This document shows, piece after piece, positions 9,401-17,650 of a stretch of DNA of 64,000 bases. The stretch spans positions 32,001-96,000 of the forward strand of contig JALGVJ010000011.1 of the NCBI GenBank assembly GCA_029838195.1. The letters are read 5' to 3'. The notes beneath the pieces were generated by a model that was not told where the DNA came from, did not search any database, and saw nothing but the letters and a program-made list of their open reading frames with translations. The stretch is from Promethearchaeota archaeon. Its GTDB lineage: Archaea > Asgardarchaeota > Lokiarchaeia > Sigyniarchaeales > SOKP01. Each line of letters begins with the position of its first letter. The stretch's first letter is position 1. The translations under genes and the position numbers were made by a program.

Positions 9401-11241
9401 AGACCCGAACTAACATTATAGTGGACCATGATGTATTCCATAATTTCTTGCGTATTTATTTCATCAAGCTTTCCGATGCTCTGAAGGATGTATAAAGCAT
9501 AATACGTGGCATGAAGTGAGGGAGGATGAATAGTAGGATAATATCCTTGCCCTTGTTCTTGCTCTTGCTGATCGTAGTAATTTATATTATATTTTAAGGA
9601 ATCTTGAATGATTTGCTCGATTGCTAAATAATACTGCTCTGAAGTCACTACATCAGGAGAATATTTTAAAATAAAAGCATCATTTTCATGAATTCCAAGG
9701 AAATCAAATTTTCCTAAAATGAAAAGGTTTCCCGAAAAATCTTTAATAATCGCATTTCCCGAAATAACATTTGAAGCTCCCCAGGTGGTATTCCATCTCA
9801 TTATTTCTAAAGAATTATCCACCTCTCCAATAAGTACGCTTTTTTCTGAGATAGAATAACGAACATATCCCGTGAGAATGAGATGTTCCTCAGCAGATTG
9901 AAATATATTCCTCAAATAGGCCCCTTGCTCACTTGACCACGTGAATTCTTTATTCAATTCTCCCGTTTCATTAAAGCTGACCATAAATATACTATCTCTT
10001 CCATTCACTTGAAAACTCTCTGTATCTCCTCCGATAATAATATCATCATCCTTATCAATCGTTAAGGAATATAAAATATCATCTGCCATCCCTCCCCAAG
10101 TTCGATTCCATTGCTCTTGCCCTTGGTTATTATATTTAATTAACAAGGCATCATAATTTCCCGCTCCCAAACTCTTGGTAGTAGCTCCCACGTACACGTT
10201 TCCCTTCGAATCTACCTCAAGAGCCGAGCTAAATATGAGATCTTGGTCATTTCCGTGCCATGCTCTCTCCCAAATGATTTCTCCTGTAATATCATATTTA
10301 TTAATGATGATATCATTTAGCGTGCTTGACCATCCCCCCATATAAATCGTATTGGAATCTTCCAGTGCAATGGCATTTCCAAGAGTACCTTCTTCGGCTA
10401 AAATGGTCCACGCAATTGTTCCGTTCGGATAAATTTTACTTAGCCCCGCATGATGAAGATTGCTTCCAGCAGAAAAATTCCACGTTCCCACGATATATAC
10501 ATTTCCTTGAGAATCACATGCAACATCACTTCCAAAATCAAAATTATCCGTTCCTAATGTAATGTTCCACTGTTCCATACCCGTTGAATCAAATTTTACC
10601 AAATAAATATCATCATTTCCGTGAGGGCCGTTTTTCATCGTCCCGATTTGATACATGTTTCCCGAAAGATCGAGGGCAATTCCGTTTCCTTCCGTGCTTT
10701 TCTCATTTCCCCAGAAAATTTCTTGCTCCAAGTGATAAGATGTTTTTAAAATATCAATTTCAAACGAGTAGATTTCTGATGACGTGATATTTACTCCATC
10801 TGACACGTTTACGTACCATTGGTATTTTTTACCGTGATGCAATCCCATCCACGTTAAACTCACTCGCTGATTGCTGGGAGTGTTTTCCACCCTTCCTATT
10901 TCAGAATTATCGGAAGCATCATGAAATATAACCGTATAGCTCTCATCATCAGGGTCTGCCACGTAAATGCTCAAGGTCGGGTTCAGTCCGGCAATGACTT
11001 CACCGTCCGCAGGAGATGGACTTAAAATTTCTAGCTCCGTGATATGAGCTGATTTAGGAACCTCTTGAGAGAACATGGGTTTAGAAGATGATTGATTATT
11101 GGATTGGGTTATTCCGTCATCGTTTATCCGAGTATTATTGAAAACGCTTATTTGCATATTTGAACTCAAACTAATTACTAATAGTAGCACGATCAAGGAG
11201 CTAATCATTACATGACTGATTCTTTTCATGACGATCACCAT
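6403..11241 (-). CDS. Large membrane-anchored surface protein: signal peptide, Ig-like domain, SBBP-type beta-propeller, prenyltransferase/squalene-cyclase-like alpha-alpha repeats, Ig-like repeats, D/S/P linker, C-terminal TM
   Basis: N-terminal hydrophobic segment; repeats such as GIALDLSGNMY, DVACDSQGNVY, EVDSKGNVY with QWNRTWGG; GGF...YY-helix repeats; C-terminal TM followed by KKR. Confidence 0.75.
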   Translation of the reverse strand: MVIVMKRISHVMISSLIVLLLVISLSSNMQISVFNNTRINDDGITQSNNQSSSKPMFSQEVPKSAHITELEILSPSPADGEVIAGLNPTLSIYVADPDDESYTVIFHDASDNSEIGRVENTPSNQRVSLTWMGLHHGKKYQWYVNVSDGVNITSSEIYSFEIDILKTSYHLEQEIFWGNEKSTEGNGIALDLSGNMYQIGTMKNGPHGNDDIYLVKFDSTGMEQWNITLGTDNFDFGSDVACDSQGNVYIVGTWNFSAGSNLHHAGLSKIYPNGTIAWTILAEEGTLGNAIALEDSNTIYMGGWSSTLNDIIINKYDITGEIIWERAWHGNDQDLIFSSALEVDSKGNVYVGATTKSLGAGNYDALLIKYNNQGQEQWNRTWGGMADDILYSLTIDKDDDIIIGGDTESFQVNGRDSIFMVSFNETGELNKEFTWSSEQGAYLRNIFQSAEEHLILTGYVRYSISEKSVLIGEVDNSLEIMRWNTTWGASNVISGNAIIKDFSGNLFILGKFDFLGIHENDAFILKYSPDVVTSEQYYLAIEQIIQDSLKYNINYYDQQEQEQGQGYYPTIHPPSLHATYYALYILQSIGKLDEINTQEIMEYIMVHYNVSSGLFSDSYSDRYLDTDLAKDDPPPLTSYLEINCHATLSLGIFNELDQINVQNIIDFIWSCYHPLKHGFLGQPYDDTLTGELALPTADNTYFAIKTLLLLGEDWSTHAQEKNELISWLASLQETVAGIHLGGFYNDLDSSFNSLVIKETNLLASYYCVKSLELLNSLDQINMVNFNSYLDYLYNAQEDYFVIAPHSQYFNMDYCNLVATALGLDLGSLANNPNINSTEITNYLLSHRNSMGIWDKSTEIPYHEIIYTYQIIRSINETGFMNSLTEDVKDEIAQGLESFKFHGGYSLMSPDYTTLEKLNSLINAFYYYDYNLLTQLDAPYLLSQFKQSFKDYSQFDVYQFSLFTNIDGGELYYHSHPFEFDTRGTHERVHELNAPVNARSMYHALDTLYKLDLFDEFELETGISINDILGYIESCQFMEPGYSNTGGFSPDGFHVYLSNELRNSYVYLEHSYYSVLTLDLLARYLNLGNISDTNINTTALTNYVLSHAVETTDELYFQPTYRTEAEDSLEILETTYQSLAILKLVNESLIDPQKIKNYAESCLIYSNLEELYLVYKINELLDLGMFFNSTLVRNLILNTYSTSLHSFYRTRDKFYVPQASLSWVADMSVSLGLIINDTQIPLVSIENPLNQSYHAWQTPSLVFHVNETYLDAVYLMLSNGTHERERWISLNEMKRIEGIWTFNDSIFEDDWNFFGNGTLTLTIKATDIQKNNGTDVITLYKELSHPSIIIHSPIEGSLHGIQAPRYEIELNGKILESFWYVINNSHLTLQSPYYSVNDYVQGQISQAHWNRFGNESIDLTFIVKNKAGTCSNATIRLQKDNILPIITILQPSKDNLIFGEQAPSYKIEVEDWNVHETWYMFNGSLNRYYLTSNEYSGIINKEAWNSYENATIIITFHSNDTAGNYYQTSITVIKQVFNCSLDDSDPSGGQEGGNNDDSSPPDDTDHPSNSTTPRIPQVLENTNFVLPLTIGLLSTPGLTIISSWYIKKRLGAE

Positions 11242-11310
11242 TATTCAATTTTTTATTAAAGTGAATTTTTTGAAAATAGATGAACTCATGAAAGAGAGAT
11301 TCAATGAGCA

Positions 11311-11329
11311 TATTTAAAGGAAAAAAAAA
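11311..11329 (-). promoter_or_regulatory. T-tract/TATA promoter (T9-CC-TTTAAATA) for the surface protein
   Basis: About 70 nt upstream of the start, correct orientation. Confidence 0.6.
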
Positions 11330-11583
11330 TAAAGGACATTCAAAAATGGTTTAAAAAAATAGACATGTAATGAGTAAAACTACAATTTTTAATTAAATAA
11401 ACAAGATATAAATTAAATACATGAATAAGAGAAGTCATCTTAAATGTACCTTTTTTTATGAATTTGATTTTTATGGCTTAATATTAATGTCTCCATTTTT
11501 TATTATTTTTCCTTGTGAAAGATGACCCTTCTCTTATTTCCTTTTTTTCCTATTTGAAAATCTTTTTTTTTAATCCTCTAATC

Positions 11584-11602
11584 TTTTTTTTTTCTTTAAA
11601 TA
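11584..11602 (+). promoter_or_regulatory. T-tract/TATA promoter (T10-C-TTTAAATA) for radA
   Basis: Followed by SD GGTGA (11643-11647) and TTG start at 11658. Confidence 0.7.
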
Positions 11603-11657
11603 AACATGTCATAAATTTTAGATCAAAAAATAAATATACAAAGGTGATGGAAAAAAT

Positions 11658-12914
11658 TTGACAGATCTCAGCCAGGTAAAAGGAATCAATGCCAGACAAA
11701 TCAAGCTACTTCAGGAAAACGGAATTGGAAGTGCCGAAGCTTTGGCCATGTCTCCTTTTAGCGTGGTGGCAGAAATAAAAGGCTTAGGAGAAGCCACTGC
11801 CAAGAAGCTCATTTGGAACGCTCGCAACGGCTTGGGCATGACGGAATTTTCTCCAGCTTCTGAAATCAATGAAAATGTGGAATACATCACCACGGGCTCG
11901 GCAGCATTAGACGGAATTTTTCAAGGAGGAATTCACACGGGAAAGCTCACGGAAGTGTTTGGACCTTTTAAATCGGGAAAAACGAATCTTTCACATACGC
12001 TTTCCGTGACAACTCAGCTTCCAAAAGAAAAAGGAGGAGTGGAAGGTGCGGTCATCTACATTGATACGGAAAATACTTTTTCAAAAAACAAGATTACCCG
12101 CATTGCTAAGCGATTTGAATTAAATCCTAATGAAGTACTTTCACACATTTTTCAAGCACGTATATATAGCTCTGACCATCAATCGCAAATGATAACGAAA
12201 GCGGAAGCATTTTGTAAGAATCGAAACGTGCGTTTGATTGTAGTTGACAGCCTGATGGCCCTCTTGCGAGCGGAATACATGGGGATTGGCATGTTAGCAA
12301 AACGGCAAGGTGTTTTAAACGGCATGATACACGCACTTTCTCGGATTGCCGAAACCTATAACGTTGCGGTCCTTTTGACAAATCAAGTGGCAACGAAAAT
12401 GATGGGCATGTTTGCGGCGGATGATGCCATCGGAGGAAATATCGTGGCGCACGGCTGCCATTTCCGTATCATGTTCAAGACTAAAGGATTCTCTTCCAAC
12501 TCTTCTTTAAAGAGAAAAGCCATTATCGTGGATGCTCCTGACCTTCCGCCAAATGAATGCGAGTTCTATATTACCGGTGCGGGTATTGCAGATACTGAAG
12601 AAATATCAATTCCCAAAAGCTCTTCAGATGTATTTGATGTGACAGAATTTTATGAACAAGGCGATGATGCTTTAGAAGTAGAGGAAAATAAAGAGGTAGA
12701 AGGAAGTGATGGAAATGGTGGCAAAAGCATGAACATTAACTTAACGGATGTAAAAGGAATTGGAAAAGGAACGGCAAAGCAGTTGAATGATCAAGGTATT
12801 CTTACAATCCAAGATTTATTGGTTCAATCGCCTGAAGATTTGGCTGAAAAAATTTCGGGCATCTCTTCAAAGAAGGTAAGAGAATGGCAAAGAAATGCTA
12901 AAATCCTTATCTAA
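11658..12914 (+). CDS. radA: RadA/Rad51-family recombinase with an acidic linker and an extra C-terminal HhH domain
   Basis: N-terminal HhH domain, FxxA (FSPA), Walker A GPFKSGKT, YIDTENTF, Walker B IVVDS, LTNQV, GGNIVAH, DAPDLP. Confidence 0.92.
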   Translation: MTDLSQVKGINARQIKLLQENGIGSAEALAMSPFSVVAEIKGLGEATAKKLIWNARNGLGMTEFSPASEINENVEYITTGSAALDGIFQGGIHTGKLTEVFGPFKSGKTNLSHTLSVTTQLPKEKGGVEGAVIYIDTENTFSKNKITRIAKRFELNPNEVLSHIFQARIYSSDHQSQMITKAEAFCKNRNVRLIVVDSLMALLRAEYMGIGMLAKRQGVLNGMIHALSRIAETYNVAVLLTNQVATKMMGMFAADDAIGGNIVAHGCHFRIMFKTKGFSSNSSLKRKAIIVDAPDLPPNECEFYITGAGIADTEEISIPKSSSDVFDVTEFYEQGDDALEVEENKEVEGSDGNGGKSMNINLTDVKGIGKGTAKQLNDQGILTIQDLLVQSPEDLAEKISGISSKKVREWQRNAKILI

Positions 12915-13012
12915 TAAAACTTATTACCATTTTTTTAAAGTCAAATTAATTTTATTTTTTCTTATTTTTTTAAAGAATGTTTTTTTATGATTTTACTTTT
13001 TAATCGTGATAA

Positions 13013-13027
13013 TTTTTCTTTTAAATA
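13013..13027 (+). promoter_or_regulatory. T-tract/TATA promoter (T5-CT-TTTAAATA)
   Basis: Upstream of 13079, probably co-transcribed with 13431. Confidence 0.6.
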
Positions 13028-13078
13028 GAATGACTGATCTTTAAGTAATAAACATGTAATTAATTAAGAGATTTTAAA

Positions 13079-13396
13079 ATGAAAAAAATCGAAGAGATTG
13101 GAACATGTCCCATTTGTGAGAGTATTTTATTTCTCTATAAAACAAGTAATTACAAGCGATTTGTAAAGTGCGAGGCATGTGGAATCTCTTATCCAGTACC
13201 GAAACGGGGGAAGATCGAGATTTCGGGTTTGAATTGTCCAAAATCGAACATGCCCCTCCTCATCATAGAGAAAAAAGAAGGAAAATCGTACTTTTGGGCA
13301 GCTGAACCGTGTTTCAATTGCCTCACTAGAAGTTCTTGCGAATCTGTTCAACTTCTTATTAAAGAATTTGAAGAATTAAACATTCACGGGTATTAA
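13079..13396 (+). CDS. Stand-alone topoisomerase I C4-type Zn-finger-like protein
   Basis: CPIC...RFVKCEACG.SYP.PK.G.I....CPK, resembling TopA C-terminal Zn ribbons; additional CFNC...C. Confidence 0.7.
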   Translation: MKKIEEIGTCPICESILFLYKTSNYKRFVKCEACGISYPVPKRGKIEISGLNCPKSNMPLLIIEKKEGKSYFWAAEPCFNCLTRSSCESVQLLIKEFEELNIHGY

Positions 13397-13430
13397 AAAA
13401 GAAAATACAGGAAAAAAGGAAGGATAAAAA

Positions 13431-13643
13431 ATGGACCTGGAATTATGGATGGAAGTATTTGAGTTTTTACTTGCTGTAGGTTCGATTTTAGGATTAATTG
13501 GATTTATTGTAGGTCTCCTCATCTTGTTTTTCTCAGGCCCCCGTAGCAAAGAAAAATTTATTCCCTTCCTCTTGATTTGCTTGCTTTTATTAATTATTTG
13601 CGGATGGAATGCGGGCTTGCGATATTTTAGAATTAATTTTTAA
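13431..13643 (+). CDS. 70-aa two-TM-helix membrane protein (paralog of 29565)
   Basis: Two hydrophobic helices; shares EFL.AVGS..GL.G and CGW..GLRYF with 29565. Confidence 0.8.
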   Translation: MDLELWMEVFEFLLAVGSILGLIGFIVGLLILFFSGPRSKEKFIPFLLICLLLLIICGWNAGLRYFRINF

Positions 13644-13707
13644 TTATTTCACTTGTATTTTTTCTTTTTTTAATTATTAGTACTCTTTTCATAGCTCATT
13701 GATATAA

Positions 13708-13722
13708 TTTTTTGTTTAAAAG
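13708..13722 (+). promoter_or_regulatory. T-tract/TATA promoter variant (T6-G-TTTAAAAG) for rpa
   Basis: About 75 nt upstream of ATG 13798. Confidence 0.5.
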
Positions 13723-13797
13723 GATTGAAAGAATAAGAATAACTTGAACATAATTGTAAAAAAAATATAAAAATTAAATTTAAAGCGGTGAAAGAGA

Positions 13798-14745
13798 ATG
13801 GAAAACAATTGCGAAATCCATTCCAATGGTTCCATTGAGATGATCAAGGCTTCTTTGCTTCAAGCGGGTTTTAGTGAGGAGGAGCTCGAAAAAGAGGTGG
13901 AGCGCAAGCGAGAGGAATTTGGCGGGTTCATTTCCGAAAAGGGTATCTTATTTTTGATTGCGAAAGACCACGACCTCCCTATCCGCTCTCCCGATATTGA
14001 TAGATCTTTATATGACTTGGTTGAACAAGAAGAAATCGATTATGACGAATTTAGGATTGATATTGCTCAGCTTGAGGAAGGGTTATCTAACGTGGTGATC
14101 ATCGGTAGAATTGTTAAAACTTATCCCATTCATTATTTTGCCCGTAAGGATGGCACCACGGGAAAAATAAGCTCATTCTTGCTTCAAGATAACTCTGCCA
14201 TGATTAAGGTGGTCATGTGGGACGACCTTGCGGATATTGTCAATGAAGAGGCATTTGAAGTGAATCAAGGGATTCGAGTTATTGGAGGTTATACCAAGAT
14301 GAATAAGGACCGCTTGGAAGTCCATTTAGGGAAAAAAAGCAGGCTGATGTTCCTCTCAAAAGAAGAAGCACGGGAGAAACAGCTCAGAGAAGCATCCGAA
14401 ATGCTTCCTTATGTTTCTCACACGAAAAACAATAAGGTCAGTGAGAAAAAACTATCTAAAAATGCCTATCTACCTTATCTTTCAGGCAAAGTACTGAATT
14501 TTACTTTTAAGGAATTTGATAGAAAGAAAATGGAAAAATCGTTTCTCTTAAAAATTACGATATTAGCGGAGGAAAACAAGGAATACATCGTGAATTTTTG
14601 GAAATTTGATGCTATAGAAGTCTTGAAGCTCATCGAAAAAGGCAATCTTATTTATTTAACCAATTTAAAAAGTAAAGAAAATCCCTATACTAAGGAAAAA
14701 GAATTTCATTATACGGATCGTTCTACTCTGAATATTTTAAATTAA
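13798..14745 (+). CDS. rpa: Replication protein A-like ssDNA-binding protein (N-terminal helical domain plus two OB folds)
   Basis: EFGGFISEKGILFLIAK N-domain; OB fold FARKDGTTGK...LQDNSAMIKVVMWDD. Confidence 0.8.
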   Translation: MENNCEIHSNGSIEMIKASLLQAGFSEEELEKEVERKREEFGGFISEKGILFLIAKDHDLPIRSPDIDRSLYDLVEQEEIDYDEFRIDIAQLEEGLSNVVIIGRIVKTYPIHYFARKDGTTGKISSFLLQDNSAMIKVVMWDDLADIVNEEAFEVNQGIRVIGGYTKMNKDRLEVHLGKKSRLMFLSKEEAREKQLREASEMLPYVSHTKNNKVSEKKLSKNAYLPYLSGKVLNFTFKEFDRKKMEKSFLLKITILAEENKEYIVNFWKFDAIEVLKLIEKGNLIYLTNLKSKENPYTKEKEFHYTDRSTLNILN

Positions 14746-14788
14746 TGGGATTCTTTTTATCGAAAGTATCTTAAAAAATGAATTAATT

Positions 14789-15472
14789 TCATGAATTTGT
14801 CTTGTTTTTCGGAAGTTTAATGATTTCTCCCGTGTTGAGCTTGAGTATCACGTGTGTCGATGTTTCCATTAAGATTTTTGTTTTATTTTTTGGAGGAGCT
14901 TGATTTATTTTTTCGTTTTTCGAGGAATTAAGTTTTTCTTTTTTTATTAGATGATGTGTTTGATAATTAGGATTGTTAGTTTTTTCCATTAATCGTTGAC
15001 TTTTTCTTTTATTAGAATGTTTTTGAGATAATAAAGAATTTTTCTTTTTTGATCCGTGAAAAGTTGTTGCGGATTCGATCTTTTCTTGAAGAACATGGTT
15101 CATTAGCATGGAAAGAATGGTTATTTCAGGTTGAGAAAGTAATTTTTTGTACGTTCCTACTTGAATCATGACTATATAATTTCCACTTTTTTCGCTTTTT
15201 TTCCTATACACGTGAATGGGCGTTCCTTTCTCCTTGTATTGATGATATCCTTTCCATTCCTTTGAGTTGCCTTCTAATACCGAAAGAATTTGTGCTTGTT
15301 CCTCTAAAGATAATCGAACCACGCTGCCCTCTTGTTGCGAAGGCTTTTCCCACGTGCCGCTTTCTTTCTTTCGAATCATACGGAAAAACACGTAGGGAAG
15401 CGTATTTTTAGCAGAGTCGAAGAAAAGAGCGGTTTTCTGACCGAAAAAATTATAAATGTGTTGATCTCCCAT
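14789..15472 (-). CDS. Hypothetical protein, possibly a Whirly/PC4-like ssDNA-binding fold with a basic tail
   Basis: GQKTAL...W.....VRLSLEE...I pattern resembles Whirly; Lys-rich C-terminus; convergent with rpa. Confidence 0.45.
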   Translation of the reverse strand: MGDQHIYNFFGQKTALFFDSAKNTLPYVFFRMIRKKESGTWEKPSQQEGSVVRLSLEEQAQILSVLEGNSKEWKGYHQYKEKGTPIHVYRKKSEKSGNYIVMIQVGTYKKLLSQPEITILSMLMNHVLQEKIESATTFHGSKKKNSLLSQKHSNKRKSQRLMEKTNNPNYQTHHLIKKEKLNSSKNEKINQAPPKNKTKILMETSTHVILKLNTGEIIKLPKNKTNS

Positions 15473-15493
15473 GATAAAATTATTTTATTGTTA

Positions 15494-15510
15494 TATATAA
15501 AAGAAAAAAA
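15494..15510 (-). promoter_or_regulatory. T-tract/TATA promoter (T7-CT-TTTATATA)
   Basis: 21 nt before ATG 15472. Confidence 0.7.
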
Positions 15511-15570
15511 TTAAGATCCTCGATAATGATCTCATTACTTTTTTTAATGCAATAATGGAATATTCCGTCA

Positions 15571-15586
15571 TTTTTTTCTTTAAATA
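15571..15586 (+). promoter_or_regulatory. T-tract/TATA promoter (T7-C-TTTAAATA) for mglBA
   Basis: Upstream of the 15638/16203 operon. Confidence 0.7.
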
Positions 15587-15637
15587 AAAAGGCCCCAAGA
15601 AAAAATAATAATATTAAAAAAAAAGAAAAGTGAGGAT

Positions 15638-16183
15638 GTGAAAAACATGCAAAAAACTCAATTGTGGAATAATGAAATCACTAAGATTTTAGATGCCATG
15701 AGATATGAATACAGCAAGCTGATTCGAAAAGGATATATTCACGGCTTAATCGTGGTTGACCAAGACGCTAAATTAATCGCCATGGATTCGCATTTCGACA
15801 AGTCTTTAAATTATTGGGACTTGAGTGCCATTGGGGCCGCTTTTTACGGTGTTGCCCGACAAGGCCAAGATTTTTTTGAAGCGTCCGAATTAGAACGAGC
15901 CAGCATCATTTATAATGACCTGCAGTTATTCGTGAAATCAATTGGAAAAGTTCAAATCGTTCCTAACAAAAAACGTGAAATTTTAATCGTAATTCTTTCC
16001 GATCGGGCTGTAAATTTAGGGCTTCTCATTCTCCAGATGAATCGATTTGCTCCCGAAATCAAAGAAGGCATTGAGAAAAATGCCTCCATTAAAAAAACTT
16101 TATCCATGAATGAAACAGAACTAAAAGAATATATCAAACAACTGAAGAACGGTTTATTTAATAATGCAGAAACTATACTATAA
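15638..16183 (+). CDS. mglB: Roadblock/LC7-domain protein (MglB-like)
   Basis: GLIVVDQDAKLIA, LSAIGAA helix, VNLGLL; immediately upstream of an MglA GTPase. Confidence 0.75.
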   Translation: MKNMQKTQLWNNEITKILDAMRYEYSKLIRKGYIHGLIVVDQDAKLIAMDSHFDKSLNYWDLSAIGAAFYGVARQGQDFFEASELERASIIYNDLQLFVKSIGKVQIVPNKKREILIVILSDRAVNLGLLILQMNRFAPEIKEGIEKNASIKKTLSMNETELKEYIKQLKNGLFNNAETIL

Positions 16184-16202
16184 GGGGTGAGCTAAAAAAA
16201 AA

Positions 16203-16823
16203 ATGAATTCTTCCTTGACATCTAAAGATGTATTTGACTTTGGCTCAAGCCTTCTTCAGTTAAAAGTGGTATATTGGGGTCCCGGCGAATCGGGAAAAAC
16301 CACGAGTTATAACGTGCTCAAAGAAGAGCTTCGTTCTAAGAAGATTTCTCGAAGTATATCCGTGGAAACCACCGATGGCAGAACGCTCTGGAAGGATTGC
16401 ATGTATTTATCCTTTTCATTAAAGCTAAATAAGTTCACGTTTGATGTCGTCGTCCAGGTGGTCACGTGTACGGGTCAAGAACGGTTTCTCTCCACCCGGG
16501 AATACGTGTTAGATGGAGCTGATGGGATCGTTTTCGTGGCAGACTCCTCACCTTTAAAGCGAGAAGAAAACAAGCGGAGTTTTCGGGAACTCATGAGCTT
16601 CACGGCTTCGAATAACGTTCCTTACGTGGTTCAATTGAACAAGCGGGATTTATCTGATGCGATTTCTGAAGAAGAGTTTAAAAAAGATCTGGAATTACCG
16701 GAGGAAAAAGCGTATCCGGACGGCACGTTGGTGGTATATCCTACCATTGCCACGGAAAAAGTCAATGTTTTATATTGTTTTAAAGACTTATTGGGGCTTA
16801 TTTTATTTAAAAACTTCTTATGA
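16203..16823 (+). CDS. mglA: MglA-family small GTPase
   Basis: KVVYWGPGESGKTT, DGRTL (intrinsic Arg finger), TGQ, GADGIVFVADS, QLNKRDL. Confidence 0.88.
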   Translation: MNSSLTSKDVFDFGSSLLQLKVVYWGPGESGKTTSYNVLKEELRSKKISRSISVETTDGRTLWKDCMYLSFSLKLNKFTFDVVVQVVTCTGQERFLSTREYVLDGADGIVFVADSSPLKREENKRSFRELMSFTASNNVPYVVQLNKRDLSDAISEEEFKKDLELPEEKAYPDGTLVVYPTIATEKVNVLYCFKDLLGLILFKNFL

Positions 16824-16899
16824 ATAAATACATGATTTTATAAAGTTTTTTTATAATCTTTTTTCTATTTCATGATACCTATAATTCAGTAACTTAGAA

Positions 16900-16916
16900 T
16901 TTTTTTTATTTATATA
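16900..16916 (+). promoter_or_regulatory. T-tract/TATA promoter (T8-A-TTTATATA)
   Basis: Too close to TTG 16919, which implies the real start is ATG 16982. Confidence 0.65.
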
Positions 16917-16918
16917 GT

Positions 16919-17572
16919 TTGACTAAAAACTTCAGATTAAATAATAATATTCAATTAATCATTTACCACCTCGAAAGAAAAATGCCTTCTCTCATAGAAT
17001 ATCCTTCATTAAGTTATAAGGCAAAAAAAAAGCTGAAAATTGAAATTCTTGACCATTCGTTCAGGAAATATAATTTTCTAATGGAATCCTTGAGCATCTC
17101 CCGATTTGCCAAAATTCTACACCATTCTTTTTCTGAACATGATATTTCTGAAATACAAGAAGTTTTAAATAATTTTTCCGATGATTGGAAACGATACAAG
17201 ATTCGTTTTCAACTCACTACTAAATTATTACCCTTCCACGGAGAACCCCATTCAGTGCACGATTTGATGGAATATCGGTTCAATGTGTTACAGCAGCATT
17301 TAAAAGAACTATATCATATCGCTCCCATTTTCAATTTACAGCGGGCCACTCATAATGCAAAAGTATTATTAACAATGTTGGATCAAAAAAATTATTGTCC
17401 TGTCCTTAGCACGCAGTTGGCATTAATTTTATTTGTCACAGACACTCGAGACTCGTTGGTCAAGGAGGGTAAAAAGAAACCGATTTTACAAGTTAATATT
17501 CGGAATTTATGTAAAACTTCTGCTTACGCCTTTCATAGAGCACGAAACAAGTTAGGAATAAGTCGATTTTAA
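16919..17572 (+). CDS. TFB/TFIIB cyclin-fold-like protein without Zn ribbon (probable start 16982)
   Basis: C-terminus QLALILFVTD...ILQVNIRNLCKTSAYAFHRARNKL aligns by eye with the last TFB cyclin repeat and HTH. Confidence 0.55.
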   Translation: MTKNFRLNNNIQLIIYHLERKMPSLIEYPSLSYKAKKKLKIEILDHSFRKYNFLMESLSISRFAKILHHSFSEHDISEIQEVLNNFSDDWKRYKIRFQLTTKLLPFHGEPHSVHDLMEYRFNVLQQHLKELYHIAPIFNLQRATHNAKVLLTMLDQKNYCPVLSTQLALILFVTDTRDSLVKEGKKKPILQVNIRNLCKTSAYAFHRARNKLGISRF

Positions 17573-17650
17573 TCAACTTTGTCTTATTTTTATTCTTTAT
17601 TTATAATTTTTCACATTTTTAGTCTTTAATGAAAAAATATCACGTGATAT

